Below are positions 14,429 through 27,124 of a stretch of DNA of 64,000 nucleotides, piece after piece. A model generated the notes under the pieces. The model was not told the DNA's origin. It did not search any database and saw only the letters and a program-made list of their open reading frames with translations. Numbering within the stretch: position 1 is the stretch's first letter; every line of letters starts with the position of its first letter. The position numbers and the translations under genes are program-made. Origin of the DNA: the human T2T-CHM13v2.0 reference genome, Homo sapiens; the NCBI RefSeq assembly GCF_009914755.1, contig NC_060926.1, one strand, 5' to 3'.

Positions 14429-17400
14429 TGATAGGGCTTGACTGTGTCCCCACCCAAATCTCAAATTGTAGCTTCCACAATTCCCAAGTGTCATGGGAGG
14501 GACTTGGTGGGAGGTCATTGAATCAGGAGGATGAGCATTTCCCATGCTGTTCTTGTGATAGTGAATAAGTCTCATGGATCTGATGGTATTCTAAAGGAGA
14601 GTTCCCCTGCACATGCTTTCTCTTGCCTGCCATCATGTAAAACATGACATTTTCCTCCTGTGCATTCTGCCATGATGGTGAGGCCTTCCAAGCCACATGG
14701 AACTGTGAGTCCATTAAACCTCTTTTTCTTTATAAATTACCCAGTCTCAGGTATGTCTTTATTATCAGTGTGAGAACAGACTGATACAGTAAATTGGTAC
14801 TGCTACAGTGGGGTGCTGCTGTAAAGATAACTGAAAATGTGGAAGAGACTTTGGAACTGGGTTACAGGCAGAGGTTGGAAGAGTTTGGAGGGCTCAGAAG
14901 TAGACAGGAAGATATGGGAAGATTTGGAACTTCCTGGAGACTTGTTGAATGGCTTTGACCAAAATGCTGATAGTGATTTGGACAATAAGGTCCAGACTGA
15001 GGTGGTCTCAGATGGATATGAGTAACTTTTTGGGAACTGAAGTAAAGATCACTCTTACTATACAAAGAGACTGGAGGTATTTTGCCCCTACCCTAGAGAT
15101 CTGTGGAACTTTGACCTTGAGAGAGATGATTTAAGGTATCTGGTGGAAGAAATTTCTAAGTGGCAAAGTGTTCAAGTGGAAGAAGAGCATAAAAGTTTGG
15201 GAAACTTGCAGCCTGACAATGCAATAGAAAAGAAAAACCCATTTTCTGGGGATAAATTCAAGCCTGCTGCAGAAATTTGCATAAGTAATGAGAAACCCAA
15301 TGTTAATCACCAACACAATGTGGAAAAATCTTCAGGGTATGTCAGAGACCTTCACAGCAGCCCCTCCCATCACAAGCCTGGGGGCCTAGGAGGAAAAAAT
15401 GGTTTCATGGGCTAGGCCTAGAGCCCCCCTTCTGTGTGCAGCCTAGAGACTTGGTGCCCTGCGTCCAGCTTCTCCAGCCATGGCCAAAAGAGGCCAAGGT
15501 ACAGCTCAGGCCATGGCTCCAGAGAATGCGAGCCCCAAGCCTTGGCAGCTTTAATTTGGTGTTGAGCTGGCAGGTGCTCCAAAAGTCAAGAATTGAGGTT
15601 TAGGAACCTCCACCTAGATTTCAGAGGATGGATGGAAACTCCTGGATGTCCAGGCAGAAGTTTGCAGCAAGGGCAGTGACCTCATGGAGAACCTCTGCTA
15701 GGCCAGTGCAGAAGGGAAATGTGGAGTTGGAGCCCCCACACAGAGTCCCCACTGGTAAACTGCCTAGTGGAGCTGTGAGAAAAGGGCCACCATCCTGCAA
15801 AACCCAGAATGGGAGATCCACTGACAGCTTGCACCATGTGCCTGGAAAAGTCTCAACTCAACACCAGCCCATGAAAGCAGCCAGAATGGATATTGTACCC
15901 TGCAGAGGCAGAGGGGCAGAGTTGCCCAAGATCATGGGAACCCAGCTCTTGCATCATCATGACCTGGAAGTGAGACATGAAGTCAAAGGAGATCATTTTG
16001 GAGCTTTAAGATTTGACTGCTCTGCTGGATTTCAGACTTGCATGGATCCTGAGGACCTTTTGTTTTGGACAATTTCTCTCATTTGGAATGGATTTATTTA
16101 CCCAATTCCTATACCCCCTTTTTACATAGGAAGTAACTAACTTGCTTTTGATTTTACAGGCTCATAGGGTGAAGGGACTTGCTTTGTCTCAGATGAGATT
16201 TTGAACTATAGACTTTTGAGTTAATGCTGAAATGAGTTAAGACTTTTGGGGACTGCTGGGAAAGCATAACTGGTCTTAAAATATTAGGACATGAGATTTG
16301 GTAGGGTCCAGGGGTGAAATGATATGGTTTCGCTGTGTTCCCACCCAAATATCGAATTGTAGCTCTCACTATTCCCACATGTCCTGGGAGGGACCTGGTG
16401 GGAGGTAATTAAATCATGAGGGAAGGTCTTTCCCATGCTATTCTCTAAAGGTGAATAAGTCTCACAAGATCTGATGGTTTTATAAAGATGAGTTCCCCTG
16501 CACATGCTCTCTCTGGCCTGCCACCATGTAAGATGTGACTTTCCTCCTCCTTTGATGAGCTCCTTAGATGAGCCTTCCACCATGATTGTGAGGACTCCCT
16601 AGCCTTGTGGAACTGAGTCCATTAAACCCCCCTCCCTTTTTTTTAACTTTAAGTTTCAGAATACATGTGCAGGTCTGTTGCATAGGTATGTATGTGCCAT
16701 GGTAATTTGCTGCATCTATTGACCCATACTCTAAGTTCTATCTCCTCGCCCCCAACCCCCGACAAGCCCTGGTGTGTGTTGTTCCCTTCCCTGTGTCCAT
16801 GTGTTCTTATTGTTCAACTCCCACTTATGAGTGAGAACATGCAGTGTTTCATTTTCTGTTCCTGTGTTAGTTTGCTAAGGATGATGGCTTCCAGCTTCAA
16901 CCATGTCCCTGCAAAGGACATGATCTCACTCTTTTTTATGGCTGCATAGAAACTGAACCCCTTCCTTACACCTTATACAAAAATCAACTCAAGATGGATT
17001 CAAGATTTAAATTTAAAACCCAAAACCATGAAAACCCTAGAAGAAAACCTAGGTAATACCATTCAGGACATAGGCATGGACAAAGACTTCATGACAAAAA
17101 AGCCAAAAGCAATTGCAACAAAAGCTAAAATTGACAAATGGGATCTAATTAAACTAAAGAGCTTCTGCACAGTGAAAGAAACTATCATCAGAGTGAATAG
17201 GCAACCTACAGAATGGGAGAAAATTTTTGCAATCTACCAATCTGACAAAGGTCTACTATTCAAAATTTACAAAGAACTTACACAAATTTACAAGAAAAAA
17301 AACAAACAACCCCTAAAACAGTGGGCAAAGGATATGAGCAGACACTTCTCAAAACAAGACTTTTAGGTGGCCAACAAACATGAAAAAAAGCTCAACATCA

Positions 17401-17871
17401 CTGATCATTACAGAAATGCAATTCAAAACCACAGTGAGATACCATCTCACGTCAGCCAGAATGGTGATTATTAAAAAGTCAAGAAACAATAGATGCTGGC
17501 AAGGTTGTGGAGAAATAGGAACACTTTTACCCTGTTGGTGGGAATGTAAATTAGTTCAATCATTGTGGAAGACAGTATGGCGATTCCTCAAGGATCTAGA
17601 ACCCAGAAATACCATTTGACCCAGCAATCCCCTTACTGGGTATACATCCATAGGAATATAAATTATTCTACTATAAAGACACATGCAAACATATGTTTAT
17701 TGCAGCACTATTTACAATAGCAAAGTCATGAAACCAACCTAAATGCCCATCAATGATAGACTGGATTTAAAAAAATATGGTACATATACACTATGGAATA
17801 AACCTCTTTTTCTTCATAAATTACCCAGTCTCTGCTTGTATTTATGAGCAGTGTGAGAACAGATTAATATA
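14429..17871 (+). mobile_element. THE1 (B/C-like) full MaLR element: 5' LTR 14429-14788, internal 14789-16319, 3' LTR 16320-16636 and 17801-17871
   Basis: Two similar LTRs (tgata.ggtt...aattacccagtctc...gaacagact/ttaata.a), internal region starting gtaaattggtac, 5-bp TSD actgg/actga. Confidence 0.95.
16637..17800 (-). mobile_element. 5'-inverted, truncated L1PA (PA7-PA10-like) inside the THE1 3' LTR
   Basis: 3'UTR on minus strand 16637-16949, ORF2 C-terminal segment on plus strand 16950-17800 (KTLEENLG..., CWQGCGEIG). Confidence 0.93.
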
Positions 17872-19805
17872 ACTGAGTACCAAGATGTTTCTCAGAGACA
17901 TTTTAATCTAAACTTACTGTTGATTTGATCCTTGCAATAAAACTGAGTTCTAACCAATCCTTGTTTTCCAAAGGCCTTTTTGGCTTTATGTTTTATTTGT
18001 TGGGGTTATGAAGCAGCTGCCTCTTCTAAACCTACAAATCCCTGAATTTCATAAATACTTCTATATCCTTTTATTTATTTATTAATTTTGCCCCATGACC
18101 AATTGATTTTAGAGTTCATCTCTTTTATGTGATAGCTCATTACAAACATTTTTTTTTCTGACTTATTTTTTCTGTTGCTACAATAACATCTTTACTAAAT
18201 GTTTGACACTGAATAACTTGGACAATCATCTCTCCAGCCTTTGGCATCAGTTTTCTTATCAGCTGCCTCCTGGTCACTAGCAAAATGTGACCGATATTCA
18301 ATGATGGTGGGTTTTGTGTTTTTGTTTTTTACTTGATTGGTTAGTTATTATTTTGTAGCTGTCATACAGAACTTACTTCTAGAGACTGTTTTTGTAGCTG
18401 TCAGGGTAGGCTAGATTATGCCTTCATAACTAACAACCTCCATGATTTCAGAAACTTGCAACAATATAGATTTATTTTCTATGAATGCTGTATGTTTGCC
18501 ATGGGTCAGCTGTGAGTTCTGTTCCACATTCCTCATTCCTGGATCCAGGTTAATGAAGCAGCCTCCTTCCCAAACATTGTCATTTGCCATCACAAAAGGG
18601 AAAAAAAAAAAGCATGCATCAAATTGTGCACTTGCTCTCAAACCTTTGTAATGAGCTTAACTGGCAAAAGCAAATTTCACAGATATAAATAAATCCAAGG
18701 AAGTGGAGAAGTAAAATCTAAAAATCTAATTATATTCCAGAGAAGAATAAATAGAAATAATTGTCTAATGGTAGTAATAACTATCACCTTCTTTCTAAAT
18801 GTGTACCTAACCTGGGCTTTTTAAATAAAATTACTCTTCAGTTTGAAATTGCTCTGAGAGCTTTTCATTTTTTATTCTTTGTCTAGACAATTATTTGCAT
18901 TTTTACAGACAAGCAAAACTTAAGGATTTGCACAAAGAAACTCAGCAAGTGAATTTCAGTATGTAATCTTCACTAAATTGCACAGAACAGTGTGTTGTAG
19001 AAATAATCTAGGCTTGGTTTCATTGTGAATTGCGTTCAAGTCTCAACTACACAACTATATTTCTGAGCTAATGTGGCTAAGTTAGTTCACCTCCCTGAAT
19101 TTCATGTTCTTCATTTGTCAATTACAAATAATAGGACTGTTTTCTGCATGTGTTGAAAATATAAAGCTTAATGTGTTATTGAAAGTGCTTCAATAATTCT
19201 GTTGTTAGATTGACATTTACTGCTGGAGTGTATAACAAGTCCTTCGACAATTCTATTGCTAGATTGAAGATAATTGTTGGTAAGACAAGTCTTGTCTTGC
19301 TAGTTGAGCTTACACTTCCAAGAACTCCTTAGGAAAAGGTGATTGCTCTTGTTGTGTGTGCTTCAGAAGTCTCACTCATTGAGAAGTAGCAGACTCTCTG
19401 ATGAGAAGAGAGAGTCAATTAGGTAGCGATGCAACAAAGCAGAGAGTATTTTGTGATCATCAGAAAAGGCTCAGTATGAAGTCAAGCATTTGTTTGAGGA
19501 GAGAAATCAGAGAACAAGATGCCAATTGGAGCCAGAGAGTCCTTTACTGTGGCAAAGTTGAAGATCTCTGGAAAAAGATTCTCTGAGGACCACCCTTCAG
19601 TTTGACTAAAGAGTGTGCTCAGTATGCTAATATCCAAGGGAGCTTATTGAACTCATGGGATTTTATGAGTGAGAGTTAAATGAAATTATGCTTGGTTTTA
19701 TTCTGATTTGGGGGATAATTTTGACCCTGAAAAAAAAAATCCACCGAAACTTTTCAAGGATCACGATACTGTCTTCTGAAATTAACTGTATGTTTCAGTT
19801 TTATG

Positions 19806-20150
19806 GTAGTGGTTCTCAAATATTAAGTCCATAAGCATCACTTGAGAAACATGTGAGGACACTACAATTTCAAGACTTATCCCCTAAATTCCAAGATTTC
19901 AATTGGATGGCTTTGGGATTGGGCTTGGAAAGTTGCATGCACATAGATTGTGATTTGAGGAATTCTGACTAGTATCTCTTCATTTTGGTCCCAAATTAGA
20001 ATCACCTGTCAAATTTTGAAAATAAAACTGGGTCTGAGATCCACCCCACACCAAATATTTGAGAATCTCAGAGGGTGGAGGGCCAGGAATGGGTATCTTT
20101 TTAAAGCATCTAAGTTGTTCTAATGCTCAGACAGGGTGAAGAATCTCAGT
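19806..20150. mobile_element. MER5A-like hAT DNA transposon fragments
   Basis: gtagtggttctcaaa, ttagaatcacctg, ggccaggaatgggtatcttt...gttctaatgctcag motifs; recall-based. Confidence 0.6.
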
Positions 20151-20839
20151 ATCTAGTCTAAAAAGATCTCTATATGGTTAAATGAAGCAACGTCAGTATC
20201 TTAAAAAGGTATTTGCCATCCTAGGCTTTTCTTTTTATAGTATCACAGAATGTTAGTGTAGAAGGTATTCTAATAGAACTAGATTTTCCACTTACAATGC
20301 CTGCATTGTCCTATCAAGGTAAACAAGCCAAAAAAGGAGATTTCTAGCCCAGACTATGGGGGGAAAGGGAGTTCAGAGTTCAGAATCCCCTCCTAGTCAG
20401 AACCTGCAGATCCTTTCAGCATTCTCCTGCCCAAAACTTTATTTTTAAAATAAAATATATTGAGCATCTTTAAAGAGCTAAAGACACTTTAAAGTAATAG
20501 ACACTTTAAAGAGATGCAGTAAGATTCTTATTCTTATGTCATAGGTAAAGAGACTAAGGCTCAGAGAGGGATGCTTTGTCAAGGAAGTAAGGAGAGGCAG
20601 GATCTGAACCCAGATCTATTTGACTGCAAAGCACAAGCTCTTGGTACTAACTTATTTTCAGATGTATTTATTACTAAATATTTTAGAAACACACAAAAGT
20701 ATAACATATAATATAATAAACACCTAAGTACTGAACACTCTGCTTAACAAATAGAGTATTAAAAATATAGGTGAAAGCCTTATATAAATAACAATCTAAC
20801 GTCATTCCTATCACTCATCTTCTTCCACTTTCAAAGTTG

Positions 20840-21100
20840 ACAATGGGTAGAGCTGCAGCTGACATGGCCTTTCAGAGTTGTTTCCAATTAAAATAGAAGG
20901 CTGTGTCTCTATACCCCAGCCTTGGCCAGTCATTGGATACAAGATCCATCAGGAAGGCAAATGCATAACCTTGAGTGAAGCATCTTTCTTTGTCCAAGGG
21001 ATTCACCTATGAGTTGTCAAAAGCTAACACTCCTGACAGCTGGGTGAACAATGTCATAGTTTTAAGGAGTACCTGGGAGGCAAATCACAGCATTCAACAT
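20840..21100 (-). mobile_element. Old ERVL LTR fragment (LTR16-like)
   Basis: ggccagtcattggatac, ataaccttgagtgaagc, tgacagctggg motifs; family uncertain. Confidence 0.45.
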
Positions 21101-21703
21101 AAATATTTATAGAAATATTTGCTACATTGTTGACTTGAGTTTGCACCTAGGTTTATAAAATAATTTGCTCATGACATAGATTAAAATGTTAGTCCAATTT
21201 CTTATAGTTTTAAATTCATAATTTTCTAGATCTGATTATCAAAGTTATGAAAGCCTTTTAGAAGAAACTGTGATGCCCTCCTTTTTTTCCATTCCCTGCT
21301 AATATTTTTTCCTTGAATGTTTGGGAAAACTCACTAGGAACACTGTCTGAATTGGCTTATTTTTGTATTTTTTTCTACATTATTTGTATTGCTTCTTTTT
21401 TTTAACTAACTGCTTTATTAGGTTGTTTTTCTAGTTATAGTTTAATCTTTTTCTTTTCTAAGTTAATAGCAATATTATTTAATATAAACACATGAAGATA
21501 TATGGTTTTCTCAAAAGACTGCATTTGTGCATATCTTATTAATTTTGTAATGTATTATTTTATTATTTTTCTGCTTTATTTTCTAGTTTCTATTATGAGT
21601 TCTTTTTGAGCTATGGCTTATTTGGATTGTTTTATATTTGTAGGTCTACTTTTCAGTCATTATTTAGTTTTTTAAATTTTTAATTTAATTTCATTTCGGT
21701 CAG

Positions 21704-22124
21704 TGCTACGGTTTGGATGTTTGACCTCTCCAAACCTCATGTTGAAATTTTATCTCCAATGTTGGAGACAGGGCCTAATAAGAAGTGTTTGGATAATGGG
21801 GATGAATCTTTCATGAAGAGACTAATTCCTGCCCTTGGGTGTGAGTGAGCTCTTACTCTATTAGCTCTGGTGAGAGCTGATTGTTAAAAAGAGCCTGGTA
21901 TCACCCCACACTCTCTCTTGCTTCCTCTCTCACCATGTGATTTCTGCACACACTGACTACCCTTTGCCTTCTGCCATGACTGAGAGCAGCCTGAAGCCCT
22001 CATTAGATGCAGATGCCCAATCTTAAACTTTCCAGCCATCAGAATCATGAGCCAAATAAGCCATTCTCTTTATAAATTACCCAGCCTCAGGTATTCCTTT
22101 ATAACAACACAAAACACTAAGACA
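21704..22124 (+). mobile_element. MSTB-like MaLR solo LTR
   Basis: tgctacggtttggatg...ataaattacccagcctcaggtattcc...ctaagaca, ~420 bp, TG/CA ends. Confidence 0.9.
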
Positions 22125-23110
22125 GAGAGCAAATACAGTCTCTGGAAAACTGGCACTTTGCTCTTTGTTGAGCCTCTCTTTACACTTGATGTGAAGTGAA
22201 ATTGCAGAAATGCTCCACAACCACTTGAGAAACTTAAATATTCCTTAATTGATCTGCACAAGGTTGTATACATTCCATCATATTAAATTTCTTAATTGTT
22301 TAGTTTAAATCTTTTATGTCCAAAACAATAGCTTTGTTCCTCCGAACTAACCATTACTGGGAGAGATGTGTTAAAATCACCTAATTTTTTAATCAATTTT
22401 TAATATTTGGGTAAACTTATTATGCTTTGTAATAACTTGTACTTGCTTTTAGCTACATTATTAGGTATTTACAAGTTTATAACTTTATGTCTTCTTGGTA
22501 AAATGCAACTCTCATTATTATGTAGTGACCTTGTTAAATCCAATACCTCTTTTTACCTTAAAATTTATTTTTCCTGAAATTAATATAGCTATGCCAGCTT
22601 TCTTTTTAAATTAGAATATGTATTTTCTCTATAATGTCTCTACAGTTTCAATTTTCTAACTTTTTATATCTGAATAAGTGTCATATAAACAGCAAATAGA
22701 TTTTTAGAACTCCAATTTGAACAACCTCTGTTTCTTAACTGAAATGCATTACCATTAAAGTGTGTTATCATTTCTATAGATACAAAAATATTTGAACTTA
22801 CCATGTTTTAAGCATACAGTTTTATACAAACTTCATTGCATTCTTTTCCCTCCTTTCAATTTTTATCTAAAATCTCTATTCATCTTCTCTTGAAGTTATA
22901 TTACATATTTATGTTCCTTTAGTGATTATGTTTAAAAGTAAATATACTCTTATTCAGATAAAATAAACAATGATACAATATAAACAATTCCAGGGTTTAG
23001 TTAATCAAAAACATTTTTGCTGCTAATACAAAGGCAAATGCAAGTAGCTGTTCTCAGTAATTCTGCCAGCTATGAGAATTTCATGTTCACTAAGAAAAAG
23101 GCAAGGAAGG

Positions 23111-23441
23111 TTTTTTGTCCTTGCGATAGTTTGCTGAGAATGATAGTTTCCAGCTTCATCCATGTCCCTACAAAGGACATGAACTCATCATTTTTTATGG
23201 CTGCATAGTATTCCATGATGTATATGTGCCACATTTTCTTAATCCAGTCTATCATTGTTGGACATTTGGGTTGTGGGGTGGGGGGAGGGGGAAAGGATAG
23301 CATTAGGAGATATACCTAATGTTAAATGATGAGTTAATGGGTGCAGCACACAAACATGGCACATGTATACATATGTAACAAACCTGCACGTTGTGCACAT
23401 GTACCCTAAAATTTAAAGTATAATTTAAAAAAAAAAAATGA
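23111..23441 (+). mobile_element. Short 5'-inverted L1PA3/4
   Basis: Antisense ORF2 tail 23111-23272, sense 3'UTR and A tail to 23441, 19-bp TSD (23092-23110 / 23442-23460, one mismatch). Confidence 0.95.
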
Positions 23442-23511
23442 AAGGAAAAGGCAAGGAAGGAAGAATTTTGTGCAAGTGACTTTTTCCTGGCTTGGCTCTG
23501 AAGTGATTGAA

Positions 23512-25498
23512 ACATAAGCCAATTAAACTTCTTTTCTCTATAAATTACCCAGCTTATAGTATTAATTTATAGAATTACAAGAATGGTCTAATACAGCAAA
23601 TTGGTACTGAGGAGGGGAGCATTGCTATAAGGATGTCTACAAATGAAGAAGTGATTTTGGAACTGGGTAGTAGGCAAAGGTTGGAAGAGTTTGGAGGGCT
23701 CAGAAGAAGACAGGAAAATATGAAAAAGTTTGGAACTTCCTAGAGACTGGTTAAATGTTTGTGACCAAATTGCAGATAGTGACATGAACAGTGAAGTCCT
23801 GGCTGCAAGGTATCAGATGGAAATGAGGAACTTATTAGGAACTGGAGCAAAGGTCACACATGTTGACTTAGCAAAGAGCTTGGCTGTATTGTGTTCATGC
23901 CCAGGGATCAGAGGAAACTTGAACTTTATAGTGATAATTTAGTGTATCTGGAAGAAGAAGAAATTCCTAAGCAGCAAAGCATTCAAGAAGTAGCCTGGCT
24001 GCTTCTAACAACCTACACTCAGATGCAGGTGCAAAGGGAAGACTTAAAGTTGGAACTTAACATTTAAAAGAGAAGCAGAGCATAACACTTTGGAAAATTT
24101 GGAGGCTGGTTATGTGGCAGAGAAATAAAAAGCTTCTTCAAGAGAAGAATTCAAGCAAGATGAGAAGCAACCACTTGCTAGATAAATTTGCATGACTAAA
24201 AGAGAACCAAGTGCTAATATCCAAGATAATGAGGAAAGGACCATGAAGGGATTTCAGAGATATTTGCAGCAGACCCTCCCATCACAGGCTCAAAAGCATA
24301 GGAGGAAAAAATGGTTTTGTGGGCCAGGCCCAGGGCCCTGCTGCCATGAGCAGCCTTGAGACACTACTCCCTGCATCCCAGCCACTCTGGCTTCAGCTGT
24401 GGCTCAAAGGAGGCCAGGTACAGCTCTAGCTGCCACTGAGAAGAATGCAAGCTGTAAGCCTTGGCAGCTTTCACATGGTGTTAAGCCTGTAGGTGTACAG
24501 AATGCAAGAGTGAAGAATGCTTGGGAGCCTCTGCCTAGATTTCAGTGGCTATATGCAAAAGCCTGGATTCCCAGGCAGAAGCCTCCTGCAGGGCAAAGCC
24601 CCCATGAGAACCTCTACTAGGGTAGTGCAGAGGCAAAGTGTCTGGTTGGAACCCCTACACAGGGTCCCCAATGGGGCATGGCCTAGTGAAGCTGTGAGAA
24701 GGGGCTACTGTCTTCCAGATTCAAGAATGATAGATTCACAGGCAGCCTTTACCCTGCACCTGGAAAATATAAACAGCAAATACCCTGCAACCTGGAAAAG
24801 TTGCAGATACTCAACACCAACCCATCACAGCAACCACAGAGGCTGAACCCTGCAAAACCACAGGGACAGAGCTACCCCTTGGAAGCCCACCCCTTGCATC
24901 AGTGTTCCCTGGATGTGGGACTTGGGGTCAAAGGAGATTATTTTGGAGCTTTAAGATTTAATCATTGCCCTGCTGGGTTTTGAACTTGCATGGGGTCTAT
25001 TGCCCCTTTTCTTTGGCCTATTTCTCTTTTTTTGGAAGAAGAATGTTTACCCAGTGCTGACACCCCCATTTTATCTTGAAAGTAACTAACTTGTTTTTTA
25101 TTTTACAGGCTCATAGGTGGAAAGGACTTGTCTTGTCTCAGATAAGACTTTGGACTTTGGGTATTTGAGTTCATACTGGAATTTAATGGGACTATTGGGG
25201 GACTATTGAGAAGGCATGAATTGTATTTTGCAATGTGAGAACGATATGACATTTAGGATAGGCCAGAGGTTAAATAATATGGTTTGGATATTTGTTCCTG
25301 CTCAAATCTCATATTGAGATGTAATGCCCAGTGTTGGAGGTGTGGCCTGGTGGATGGTGTTTTGGTCATGAGGATGGATCCCTCATGAATGACTTGGGCC
25401 ATCTTCTTGGTGATAAGTGTGCTCTTGCTCTGAGTTTACACAAGATCTGGTCATTTAAAATGTATTTCTTTATAGCAATGAAAGGATTACCTAATAGA
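23512..25498 (+). mobile_element. MST MaLR element: 3' remnant of 5' LTR (23512-23595), internal (23596-25274), internally deleted 3' LTR (25275-25498)
   Basis: ctaataca|gcaaattggtac LTR/internal junction; internal region clearly homologous to the THE1 internal region at 14789-16319. Confidence 0.9.
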
Positions 25499-26409
25499 GT
25501 TACCACACATGTTTAAAACACGTGAGAATCTAAATTCAACCTCAATCCTTCTACCAAACAATCAAGGGATGAGAGAATATTTTAACTCTGATCTTCTCTC
25601 TTTTATTCATATCTGTAATAGTTGCTCAAATATTTTGTTGCATTGTGGTTTTCTGAGCTTTACATTAATTATTATTATGTTTTTAATTATCAACTACTAT
25701 TGTTTAATAATTACTACTATTAACTACTATGCTTTAATAGTAACTATTATTATTATTATTACTCCTGCTACTACTCATATGATTTTTATCATTATCTTAT
25801 AGTCAATGTGTGTTTAGATTTTCCATGTTTTACTCTTTGTTCACCATCTTTTTGTCTTATAGTCTTTCTTTCAGGTTCAATTTCCTTCAGTAGATCCTAT
25901 GAAAGTTCTATGACTGAAGGTATGAAGTCTTTTGTCTGAAAATATTTATTGTTTTATTTATTCTTAAAGAATTTATATGGGCACAAAATTATAGATTAGC
26001 AATTGAGTATTCTCAATAATTTGAAATTTTTATTCCCTTATATTCTGGCTTCTCTTGTTGCTTTGAGATGTTTGCTATAATTTTAATTATTTTTCTATTA
26101 TAGGTAGTTAATCTTTTCCCTGTGACTTCTCTTAAGAGCTCCTTTCTATCTTGAATGTTCTACAGTTTTACCACAATAAGTATACAATCAATTGAAGATG
26201 TCTAATGTTTCCTGAATGTGGTGATTCATCTCTGCCATTAATTCTGAAAATTTTCAGCTATTTAATTCAATTAAATATATGTTCATCCTTCTTATTTTGT
26301 CTTCCATTTCTCTTAATCTCTTTTTATATCTCCCATCTTTTGACTCACTATAGCAGATTTTCAGTGACTCAGATAAGTCTTTCAATTTGTTATTTTTTTC
26401 TTCAGTCTT

Positions 26410-27124
26410 TTAAAATTTTCTATTTTTACTTTTGTGAGCACATATTAGGTGTATGTACTTATAGGGTATATAAGATTTTGATATAGCATACAGTGCATAA
26501 TAATCACATCAGGGTAAATAGAGTATACATCGCCTCAAGTATTTGTCCTTTCTTTGTATTACAAATAATCCAATTATACTTTTGCTATTTTTAAATGTAC
26601 AATAAGTTATTGTTGACTGTAGTTACCTTCTTGTGCTAACAAATACTAGGCTAGGTCTGACTCATTCTATCTATGTTTTTGTACCCTTAACCATCTCCAC
26701 TTCCCCCTCACCACTATACTTCCCAGTCCCTCCCTGATAATCTTCATTCTGCTCTATATTTCCATGAGTTCAATTACTTTAATTTTTAGCTGTCACAAAT
26801 AAGTAAGAACATGTGAAGTTTGTCTTTCTGTGTCTGGCTTATTTCACTTAACATAATGACCTCCAGTTCCATTCTTGTTGTTGCAAATGACAGGATCTCA
26901 CTCTTTTTTATGGCTGAATAGTACCCCCTTTTATATATGTATCACATTTCTTTCTCCATTCGTCTGTTGATGGACACTAAGGATGCTTCCAAATCTTGGC
27001 TGTCGTGAATAGTTCTGCAATAAACATGGGAGTGCAGATGTCTCTTCGATATACTGATTTCCTTTCTTTTGGGTATGTACCTACCAAGGAGATTGCTGGA
27101 TCATATAGAAGTTCCATTTTTAGG
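26410..27124 (-). mobile_element. L1MA2/3-like 3' end (outermost host of the large nest)
   Basis: 3'UTR aataatcacatcagggtaaatagagtatacatcgcctcaag; ORF2 tail [13 protein letters not shown]; sequence resumes at ~52690. Confidence 0.85.

Larger units (their letters stand above)
12602..18787 (-). mobile_element. MLT1J-like MaLR provirus: LTRs ~12602-12992 and ~18393-18787 with internal region, heavily interrupted
   Basis: Both ends share ctagattatgc(tgcag/cttca)taac...aacaac start and similar downstream motifs; MaLR-internal-like sequence at 12993-13650 and 17877-18392. Confidence 0.7.
21100..26400 (-). mobile_element. Ancient L1M fragments forming the host for MST and L1PA insertions
   Basis: T-rich degenerate antisense L1 (gagagatgtgttaaaatcac, gctatgccagctttcttt, ttctggcttctcttgttgc); fragmentary. 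Confidence 0.6.

Noticed and set aside
15628-16140. 170-aa ORF as a novel gene
   Set aside because: Lies in the THE1 internal region; ordinary MaLR remnant with frameshifted neighbours
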